From Candidatus Woesearchaeota archaeon (lineage in GTDB: Archaea > Nanobdellota > Nanobdellia > Pacearchaeales > GW2011-AR1): a stretch of DNA of 20,413 bases. The translations under genes were made by a program, and so were the position numbers. The notes under the pieces were generated by a model. The model saw nothing but the letters and a program-made list of their open reading frames with translations, did no database searches and was not told the origin of the DNA. Positions 8,451-13,995 of the stretch are shown in pieces; position 1 is the first letter of the stretch, and the number at the start of each line of letters is the position of its first letter. The stretch is from the NCBI GenBank assembly GCA_964623495.1, contig CAZUTV010000001.1, positions 229,936 through 250,348 on the forward strand. Reading direction: 5' to 3'.

Positions 8451-8463
8451 TTCTTTGAACCAT

Positions 8464-8537
8464 GCCTGAGTAGCTCAGTTGGTAAGAGTACGACATTGGT
8501 AATGTCGGGGTCCTGGGTTCAACTCCCAGCTCAGGCT
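8464..8537 (+). tRNA. tRNA-Thr (anticodon GGT)
   Basis: Hand-folded cloverleaf: acceptor GCCTGAG/CTCAGGC, D arm GCTC-AGTTGGTAA-GAGT, anticodon arm CGACA-TTGGTAA-TGTCG, T arm CTGGG-TTCAACT-CCCAG, discriminator T. CCA is not encoded. Confidence 0.9.
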
Positions 8538-8568
8538 TATAAATATTCAAAAATAGTTATTCCCAGAA

Positions 8569-8883
8569 TTATCTTCTAATTGCTCTCATGAATAGGAAAA
8601 CAAGGAGCACTATCAGTAAAGCTGCAGAGACAAAGCCGAGCAAAATCGAGAGTATCAAAAATAAATTGTTAGTAATGCTCCCTGTTGTTGAAATGCTGTA
8701 AAAGATTACAGATAATACAAAAAGTATGATAAAGGTGATGAGGTTCTTTGTTACAAGATCAACCCTTCTCTGATCACCAGATTCTTGCCTATAATTGAAG
8801 CTTGGTGCAGGTCTTCTAGCATTAGTTGTTCTAGAAAATCTTCTTGCCACCTTTCTTTTTTTTATCGCTCTTTTTTTAGCCAT
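8569..8883 (-). CDS. small membrane protein with a basic N-terminal tail and two TM helices
   Basis: 104-aa ORF. Sequence MAKKRAIKKRKVARRFSRTTNARR..., then hydrophobic LITFIILFVLSVIFYSI and LFLILSILLGFVSAALLIVLLVFLF. Confidence 0.5.
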   Translation of the reverse strand: MAKKRAIKKRKVARRFSRTTNARRPAPSFNYRQESGDQRRVDLVTKNLITFIILFVLSVIFYSISTTGSITNNLFLILSILLGFVSAALLIVLLVFLFMRAIRR

Positions 8884-8978
8884 GTTAAATATTAACTTTC
8901 GTCTTCCATATTATCCTAATGATCACCGAGGTTTCATCACCCATTATTAACTAAATACCCTAGCATTTATAAATATTA

Positions 8979-9173
8979 CTAAGTCCCCCAGTCCTGGGAG
9001 ACTACACTTCCGGTAATTCCCTGCAAATTAACATAAACTTTATCCACCCACTTCAAAAACAAATCTCCAAATTTCCCAAGATTCTCAGATTTATGCATTG
9101 CAAGATTATTATTGCTTATAATTAAAAGAGAAAAAAGTATAAAAAGCATCATTAAAAAAATCAGAAATCTCAT
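8979..9173 (-). CDS. membrane-anchored mini-protein, DWG-tail family (paralog of 9170..9481)
   Basis: 64-aa ORF with an N-terminal TM helix. Its start overlaps the upstream stop (ATGA, 4 nt). The C-terminal segment GDLFLKWVDKVYVNLQGITGSVVSQDWGT aligns without gaps to the tail of the upstream ORF. Confidence 0.5.
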   Translation of the reverse strand: MRFLIFLMMLFILFSLLIISNNNLAMHKSENLGKFGDLFLKWVDKVYVNLQGITGSVVSQDWGT

Positions 9174-9481
9174 CCTCCAGAAGTGCTATTGTTGTCTCCG
9201 CCCCAATCCATTTTAACAGCATAGCTAGTGACTGCCTTGAAATTAGAGAATGCAGATCCAAGCCAGGACATGTATATCTTGCCTGCATTCAAAACCCCGC
9301 TAGCAGTCTTTAAGTCTACCTCATGTCCCCTAATAGATAAAGTAAAGGTAAATGCAACAAAAATCAAGAGTATTATTAAAAAATGTGAAAAGAACTTGTG
9401 CCTTGCTCTTCTAAAACCCAACATCATCCAGATTAATAAAAGAAAAATTCCCACGATTAGGATTATCCCCGAAATAGCCAT
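9170..9481 (-). CDS. membrane protein (two TM helices), DWG-tail family
   Basis: 103-aa ORF with two hydrophobic helices and the tail GKIYMSWLGSAFSNFKAVTSYAVKMDWGG. On the minus strand, TTTTTATA ends 22 nt before the ATG. Confidence 0.55.
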   Translation of the reverse strand: MAISGIILIVGIFLLLIWMMLGFRRARHKFFSHFLIILLIFVAFTFTLSIRGHEVDLKTASGVLNAGKIYMSWLGSAFSNFKAVTSYAVKMDWGGDNNSTSGG

Positions 9482-9501
9482 CTTTTATAAAGCATAAAAA
9501 A

Positions 9502-9510
9502 CTATAAAAA
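9502..9510. promoter_or_regulatory. shared A/T box (CTATAAAAA / TTTTTATAG) between divergent tRNA-Gln and the 9481 minus-strand gene
   Basis: On the minus strand it ends 22 nt before ATG 9481. On the plus strand it lies about 33 nt before the tRNA-Gln 5' end. Confidence 0.4.
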
Positions 9511-9542
9511 CATTTCGGAACTAGGAAGAATTATTAAAGAAT

Positions 9543-9615
9543 AGCCCCGTAGTACAGTGGTCAAGTATACAGGACTCTGGATCCTGTGACCTCGGTTCGA
9601 ATCCGAGCGGGGCTA
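9543..9615 (+). tRNA. tRNA-Gln (anticodon CTG)
   Basis: Hand-folded: acceptor AGCCCCG/CGGGGCT (A1:U72, typical of archaeal tRNA-Gln), D arm GTAC-AGTGGTCAA-GTAT, anticodon arm CAGGA-CTCTGGA-TCCTG, T arm CTCGG-TTCGAAT-CCGAG, discriminator A. Confidence 0.9.
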
Positions 9616-9631
9616 TACAAAACAGGTGAAA

Positions 9632-10216
9632 ATGCCAGAAGAACACAGGAAACATCTTCCGAGAATTTTAAAAGAGTTTCACTATCCAAAAACGTTTTTG
9701 CTAATTTTCTGCATAATCCTTGCCTATTTTATCTTTAAAAATCCTTCAGTAAACTCTTGGATAAACAATCTTGACTCTCTAAGCTATTTTGGAAGTTTTA
9801 TAGCAGGAATACTTTTAGCTTTTGGTTTTTCAGCTCCAATTGCAGTTGGGTTTTTTATAACCCTTAAAACAGGAAACCTAATTCTTACTGCAATAATTGG
9901 AGGACTGGGCGCATTGTTGGCAGATTTAATAATTTTCAACATTGTAAAAATAACCTTTAACGATGAGCTTCGAAGAATCAGAAAAACAAGAATAATGAAA
10001 GAAATAGAAAAAATCTTAGAGAAAGACCTAGGGAAAAAACTAGAACACTATCTCCTCTACGCTTTTGCAGGAATACTAATAGCAACACCTCTCCCAGATG
10101 AAGTCGGAGTATCCATGCTCGCTGGTTTAACCCACATAAAACAAAAAATACTTGCCATAATTTCATTTATCCTTCATACAATAGGAATATTTATCATACT
10201 TTTATTAAGCACTTAA
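9632..10216 (+). CDS. integral membrane protein, unknown family
   Basis: At least 4 hydrophobic helices. ATG 9632 is preceded by the SD-like AGGTGA (9624-9629). The ORF track uses the in-frame GTG at 9626. The gene lies immediately downstream of tRNA-Gln, so co-transcription is possible. Confidence 0.6.
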   Translation: MPEEHRKHLPRILKEFHYPKTFLLIFCIILAYFIFKNPSVNSWINNLDSLSYFGSFIAGILLAFGFSAPIAVGFFITLKTGNLILTAIIGGLGALLADLIIFNIVKITFNDELRRIRKTRIMKEIEKILEKDLGKKLEHYLLYAFAGILIATPLPDEVGVSMLAGLTHIKQKILAIISFILHTIGIFIILLLST

Positions 10217-10392
10217 AAATCATCTCTTAGCACAATAGCTCCATCGCTTCTTATAGGAACCTGAAAAATAGCTCCGCACTTCCCACATTGGGCTGTAACT
10301 ACTGCAGTCATTGCAGTCAAAATCTTGCATCCCTTCCCAACTAACTTAGAAGCCATTTTTATATCTATATCATTCCCACACTTACATTTCAT
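10213..10392 (-). CDS. zinc-ribbon mini-protein (59 aa), not in the ORF track
   Basis: Hand translation of the minus strand gives MKCKCGNDIDIKMASKLVGKGCKILTAMTAVVTAQCGKCGAIFQVPIRSDGAIVLRDDF*. Two CxC/CxxC pairs (C3,C5 and C36,C39). Its stop overlaps the convergent stop of 9632..10216. Confidence 0.5.
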   Translation of the reverse strand: MKCKCGNDIDIKMASKLVGKGCKILTAMTAVVTAQCGKCGAIFQVPIRSDGAIVLRDDF

Positions 10393-10405
10393 CTTTAAAA
10401 TAGAA

Positions 10406-10567
10406 TTAAAGTTTTATTCCTAATTCTTCAGCACTTTTTGTTTTTTTATCATGCTGGTCCATTCTACCTTTATCAAGACAATTAAAACAAACATGAATTG
10501 TTCCATCAAGATCTTTAACTCTTCCTGTTCCTTTACACTTTTCACAGATTGTATCTGGATTTTCCAT
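10406..10567 (-). CDS. zinc-ribbon mini-protein (53 aa) with a CxxCxGxG knuckle, not in the ORF track
   Basis: Hand translation gives MENPDTICEKCKGTGRVKDLDGTIHVCFNCLDKGRMDQHDKKTKSAEELGIKL*. On the minus strand, CTTAAATA ends exactly 22 nt before the ATG, the same spacing as other leaderless genes here. More protein-like than the overlapping 10420..10611 track ORF. Confidence 0.55.
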   Translation of the reverse strand: MENPDTICEKCKGTGRVKDLDGTIHVCFNCLDKGRMDQHDKKTKSAEELGIKL

Positions 10568-10588
10568 ACAAGGTGCAATAAATTAAGG

Positions 10589-10596
10589 TATTTAAG
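10589..10596 (-). promoter_or_regulatory. TATA-like CTTAAATA (minus strand), ends 22 nt before ATG 10567
   Basis: Conserved spacing. Supports the 53-aa zinc-ribbon gene call. Confidence 0.45.
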
Positions 10597-10627
10597 CATT
10601 ATGTAAATCAAAGGAAAGATAGTAAAT

Positions 10628-10635
10628 CTTATATA
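10628..10635 (+). promoter_or_regulatory. TATA-like CTTATATA, ends 22 nt before ATG 10657
   Basis: Conserved element and spacing. Confidence 0.5.
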
Positions 10636-10656
10636 CTAAATCAACCTTTAAAAAAC

Positions 10657-10902
10657 ATGGAAAAGGAAATAGGAGAAGTTTCCAGTTATTTCGGCCATGT
10701 CGAAGTTGCTGCAATAAAGCTTAAAGACAAGTTAAAGACCGGAGATACTATCCAAATAAAGGGCCACACAACAGACTTTGAGTTAGAAATAGACGAAATC
10801 CAGATAGACAGAAAACCAGTTAATGAAGCAAAGAAAGGGGATCATATCGGAATAAAGGTTCCTGAAAAAGTAAGGCCAGGAGACAAGGTCTTCTTAGTTT
10901 AA
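10657..10902 (+). CDS. small beta-barrel protein resembling translation-factor domain II (EF-Tu domain 2-like)
   Basis: 81-aa ORF. ...GDTIQIKGHTTDFELEIDEIQIDRKPVNEAKKGDHIGIKVPEKVRPGDKVFLV matches the G-D-x-I..G......V.S.....V.eA..Gd.vGi.l....v..GD.v pattern. CTTATATA ends 22 nt before the ATG. Confidence 0.6.
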   Translation: MEKEIGEVSSYFGHVEVAAIKLKDKLKTGDTIQIKGHTTDFELEIDEIQIDRKPVNEAKKGDHIGIKVPEKVRPGDKVFLV

Positions 10903-10909
10903 AGCAAAG

Positions 10910-10917
10910 CTTATAAA
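10910..10917 (+). promoter_or_regulatory. TATA-like CTTATAAA, about 104 nt upstream of the tRNA-Glu 5' end
   Basis: Best match to the local promoter consensus upstream of tRNA-Glu. It would give an ~80-nt leader. Weaker A/T boxes at 10933-10940 and 10971-10977 are alternatives. Confidence 0.35.
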
Positions 10918-11020
10918 ACAATTTTTCTTGATTTTTATTAGAAGATAAAAGCCTTGGGTCGATAAAACCGATAACAACACTTTTCGTGGGTGGGATGATC
11001 GGGGTCGGCTGGAGGGATGA

Positions 11021-11268
11021 GCCCCTGTCGTATAGAGGCCAAGTATACCACCCTCTCAAATGGCAACGTCAGTTGACGTTTGAGTTAAAGACATCCGGAT
11101 TCAAATGGAGAATCTTTGACTCAATTTCGAAAGAAAACATTCATTTTGTCGAGGTTTAGTCGTTGAGACAATAACCTCTGCCTTCTTTAAGGCAAGACAA
11201 AAACCCACTCAAAATTCTTTGAGTGTTGGAGAACGGTGGTGACCCGAGTTCGAATCTCGGCGGGGGCG
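11021..11268 (+). tRNA. tRNA-Glu (anticodon CTC) interrupted by a 175-nt intron at canonical position 37/38 (exons 11021..11058 and 11234..11268)
   Basis: Hand-folded: acceptor GCCCCTG/CGGGGGC (one G:U pair), D arm GTAT-AGAGGCCAA-GTAT, anticodon stem CCACC (11048-52)/GGTGG (11235-39), spliced loop CTCTCAC, variable TGAC, T arm CCGAG-TTCGAAT-CTCGG, discriminator G. The spliced length is 73 nt. The splice-site helix is CTCT (11053-56) with GGAG (11228-31), flanked by 3-nt bulges. Confidence 0.75.
11059..11233 (+). other. tRNA-Glu intron, 175 nt, ORF-less, multiple hairpins
   Basis: Hairpins found by eye: 11065-70/11075-80 (6 bp); 11082-91/11113-22 (10 bp with one G:U); 11151-56/11173-78 (6 bp); 11179-84/11189-94 (6 bp, loop CTTT); 11206-13/11218-25 (8 bp, loop ATTC). 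The longest ATG-started reading frame is 7 codons. Confidence 0.7.
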
Positions 11269-11907
11269 TTTCCATTCAAACCTCAGATCTTCTCTTTTAT
11301 TGTAAAGAATATTAAAAAGAATGAAGAAAATAACCCCACCAACATTCAAAGATAAATCAAGGATTGTATCAGTATTTCTATCAATTATTAACCCGGCCCC
11401 AAAAAAATGGTCTCCTTGTACCTGATAAACCCCTTGCATAAAAGCTCCGAAAAAATTATCAAAGGCATATTCAACTATCTCCCATCCTACGCTTAAGGAA
11501 ATTGTAGCAAAAGCAGAAAAGAGAATCAAAACGTATTTATCTTTAATCCTCGGCTTAGATAAAAAATAGACAAAAACACAAATAGGAATTGGATTAAAAA
11601 AATGAAGTATCTTATCATAATATTGGGAAGTGCAATAAACCCCACTGCAGCCTCTAGAAACATAATACCACTCAAAGAACAATTCCCCAAAAACATTTAG
11701 CACTGCAATTAACCCCAATAAAAAATGCGCATATTTTGGAATATGGTCAAATTTAAAATAAAAGAATAATAAAACAAATAAAGAACCAAACCAGATGATT
11801 GACCGATACGGGCTGAAAAATAAGTCAAAAACCCCTACAAAAAACAAAAAGAGCCAAATTAGATATGTGAATATCTTAAAAAGATTGTCTGCGTTCTTGC
11901 TAACCAT
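11209..11907 (-). CDS. polytopic membrane protein, unknown family; its 3' end runs antisense into the tRNA-Glu 3' exon
   Basis: 232-aa ORF with about 6 hydrophobic helices. On the minus strand, ATTTAAAA ends 22 nt before the ATG. The last ~20 codons (..RPRRDSNSGHHRSPTLKEF) are the antisense translation of tRNA sequence. Confidence 0.6.
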   Translation of the reverse strand: MVSKNADNLFKIFTYLIWLFLFFVGVFDLFFSPYRSIIWFGSLFVLLFFYFKFDHIPKYAHFLLGLIAVLNVFGELFFEWYYVSRGCSGVYCTSQYYDKILHFFNPIPICVFVYFLSKPRIKDKYVLILFSAFATISLSVGWEIVEYAFDNFFGAFMQGVYQVQGDHFFGAGLIIDRNTDTILDLSLNVGGVIFFILFNILYNKREDLRFEWKRPRRDSNSGHHRSPTLKEF

Positions 11908-11928
11908 AAAGATATATAACAGAAACTA

Positions 11929-11936
11929 TTTTAAAT
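11929..11936 (-). promoter_or_regulatory. TATA-like ATTTAAAA (minus strand), ends 22 nt before ATG 11907
   Basis: Conserved spacing. Confidence 0.45.
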
Positions 11937-11942
11937 TTTTCT

Positions 11943-13235
11943 CTACTGGAACCGATATCCCTTCGGAACAACAGTTATTCCTCCAGAAGAAATTGTAAAC
12001 CCTCTTGCCCTATCTTCATCTTGATTAAAACCTATTTTTACGCCTGCTGGAACAATAACATTTCTGTCAACAATTGTCCTTCTAATCTCTGCTCCTGGTT
12101 TAATACAAGAATATCCTAAAAGAACAGATTCTATAACACTGGCCCCTTCAAGCCTTGTATTATATCCAAGGATAGAATCACTAACATTGCCTCCGCTAAT
12201 AATACATCCATTAGAAACCAATGAACCCCAAATACCAGACATCCCGACAGTTTTTGCTGGCTGAGGAGATTCAACATGAGTAAGTAAAGGCCAATCAGGA
12301 TTATATATATTTAAAGGAGGAACAACATCTCTCATTTCCATATTAGCAATATAAAACTGGTCCAAATCTCCTATATCTCTCCAGAAACTTCTTTCATTTT
12401 CAACAGCCCCAGGAACCAATTGGCTTCTAAAATCATAAGCATAAATTCTTCTTCCTCTTCTCAACATTGCAGGAATAACATTCATCCCAAAATCATGGCC
12501 AGAATATTTCCCGGGCTGCTCAATCCCAAGATGTTTCTTTTTTGGACCAACATATAATTTTTGAGAATCTTCCTCAAGTTCTTCAAGCAAAACGCCCGGC
12601 TTAAAAACATAGTTGCCCATAGAAGCAAAACAAAACTCTTCATCTCCAGGAATAGGGCTTGGATCTTCTGGCTTTTCCTGAAAACCGATTACCTGATTTT
12701 TTGAATCAACAACCAAAACACCAAACTTCCTGGCCGCACGCTCTCTTCTCACAGGAACAGCCGAGATTGTCAAATCAGCACCATTATCAAGATGAAATTC
12801 ATTCATCTCAGAAATATCCATTAAGTAAACATGATCTCCACTAAAAACATCAACAACCTGAGGATGATATTTCCTTACTCGAGAGATATTTGATGTAACC
12901 GCGCCGGCAGTTCCCTTATAACCCATTACTAATCTTCCACCCTCTCTCTTTAATGTTGGAGCAATAACCTCTAAATTTCCATCTCCACCCAATCCAAACC
13001 TAGGCTGCCATCCTCTTCTAATATGATCATTTAAGGAATGATGCTCATACTGAGTTAAAACATATATCTCCCTTATTCCAGAATGGTGAAGATTACTCAA
13101 GACAAAATCAATAACTCTGTAGCTTCCTGCAAAAGGCACTGCGGGCTTAGTTCTATCGCTAGTTAAAGGAAGTAGTCTTTCTCCTTCCCCTCCGCTCAAT
13201 ACATAGGCCAATGACCTTACATTTCCTCGAGTCAT
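11943..13235 (-). CDS. glgC: glucose-1-phosphate adenylyltransferase
   Basis: N-terminal LSGGEGERLLPLTSDRTKPAVPFAGSYRVIDFVLSNLHHSGIREIYVLTQY, FQEKP, and a C-terminal left-handed beta-helix repeat region. Length is canonical at 430 aa. Confidence 0.9.
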   Translation of the reverse strand: MTRGNVRSLAYVLSGGEGERLLPLTSDRTKPAVPFAGSYRVIDFVLSNLHHSGIREIYVLTQYEHHSLNDHIRRGWQPRFGLGGDGNLEVIAPTLKREGGRLVMGYKGTAGAVTSNISRVRKYHPQVVDVFSGDHVYLMDISEMNEFHLDNGADLTISAVPVRRERAARKFGVLVVDSKNQVIGFQEKPEDPSPIPGDEEFCFASMGNYVFKPGVLLEELEEDSQKLYVGPKKKHLGIEQPGKYSGHDFGMNVIPAMLRRGRRIYAYDFRSQLVPGAVENERSFWRDIGDLDQFYIANMEMRDVVPPLNIYNPDWPLLTHVESPQPAKTVGMSGIWGSLVSNGCIISGGNVSDSILGYNTRLEGASVIESVLLGYSCIKPGAEIRRTIVDRNVIVPAGVKIGFNQDEDRARGFTISSGGITVVPKGYRFQ

Positions 13236-13343
13236 TTTTGTCTATTTTGGGAACCTTTCCAAAAGGTTCATAGTCATAGGTAATTACTCTAAAAAGATCA
13301 TTTAAAAACCTTACTAATAAAACAAAAACGTTTCTAAGTAATA

Positions 13344-13351
13344 TTTATAAA
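13344..13351 (+). promoter_or_regulatory. TATA-like TTTATAAA, ends 41 nt before ATG 13392 (leadered class with SD GAGGA at 13381-13385)
   Basis: Identical 41-nt spacing and 6-nt SD spacer as the rfcS promoter. Confidence 0.45.
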
Positions 13352-13391
13352 ATCAATTTTCCTAAAGATAATGTAAAAAAGAGGATTAAAG

Positions 13392-13994
13392 ATGAAATTA
13401 GAGGTTGAAACAAAAGTAAAGGTGAATAATGTTCCTGAACTAAGAAATAAAATAAAGAAGATAGCAATCCATGAAAAAACAGAATCAAGGGGTGATGATT
13501 ATTTTGCCCTTAAAGGCGAGCGTTATCCACGAAAAGCTTTCAGAATCAGATATGACGGAAAAAAATTTGTAGTCAATTTCAAGAAACATTTAAAAAATCT
13601 TTACAGTGATGGAATTGTTGTGAAAGAAGAGTATGAATTCAGACTAACAGATATAGAACACATCGGAAATTTTCTTGCTTTGCTTGAAGATCTTGGATTT
13701 AAGCCATGGGTGAAAAAGAGAAAACACACAGAAGCTTATCTTTGGAAAAAAGACAAAAGAGTAAACATAGAACTTAATCATGTAGAGCACATAGGTACTT
13801 ACATGGAAATCGAATTCTTAGCAACAAAAAGCCAGGTCCCTGAAGCAAAAAAGAAAATTCTTGAGGTTTTAAAAGAGCTTGAAATTAAAAAATCAGACAT
13901 AGACAATGTAGGATACACTAAAAGACTTTATGAAAAGGGAATCAAAGACAGGAAATATTTTATAACAAAAAAATTCAAGAAGAAAAGTGGATAA
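13392..13994 (+). CDS. CYTH-domain protein (triphosphate tunnel metalloenzyme / CyaB-ThTPase superfamily), paralog 1
   Basis: N-terminal ExExK signature (KLEVETKVKV). Basic residues on alternating strands (RKAFRIRYDGKKFVVNFKK). C-terminal IELNHVEHIGTYMEIEF, equivalent to the h.hD.V..LG.FhEIE motif. An SD-like GAGGA lies 6 nt before the ATG. Confidence 0.75.
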   Translation: MKLEVETKVKVNNVPELRNKIKKIAIHEKTESRGDDYFALKGERYPRKAFRIRYDGKKFVVNFKKHLKNLYSDGIVVKEEYEFRLTDIEHIGNFLALLEDLGFKPWVKKRKHTEAYLWKKDKRVNIELNHVEHIGTYMEIEFLATKSQVPEAKKKILEVLKELEIKKSDIDNVGYTKRLYEKGIKDRKYFITKKFKKKSG

Positions 13995-13995
13995 T

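Noticed and set aside
10420-10611. 63-aa minus-strand track ORF.
   Set aside because: It overlaps the 53-aa zinc-ribbon ORF in a different frame. The zinc-ribbon ORF has conserved Cys knuckles and a correctly spaced TATA-like box. The 63-aa translation looks random.
10820-11059. 79-aa minus-strand ORF spanning the end of the EF-domain gene and the tRNA-Glu 5' exon.
   Set aside because: It is the antisense translation of a tRNA exon and of a coding gene, with no start context.
11056-11108. 8-mer TCAAATGG repeated at 11056-11063 (exon/intron junction) and 11101-11108 (inside the intron).
   Set aside because: It is too short to distinguish from chance in AT-rich sequence, and I could assign it no structural role.
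11059-11233. Possibility that the tRNA-Glu intron encodes a homing endonuclease or a C/D-box sRNA, as in some archaeal tRNA/rRNA introns.
   Set aside because: The longest ATG-initiated frame is 7 codons. There is no TGATGA (C box) or CTGA (D box) anywhere in the 175 nt.
11795-11998. 67-aa plus-strand ORF bridging the membrane-protein gene and the glgC 3' end.
   Set aside because: It is antisense to two supported genes, has Lys/Asn-rich low complexity, and has no promoter or SD.
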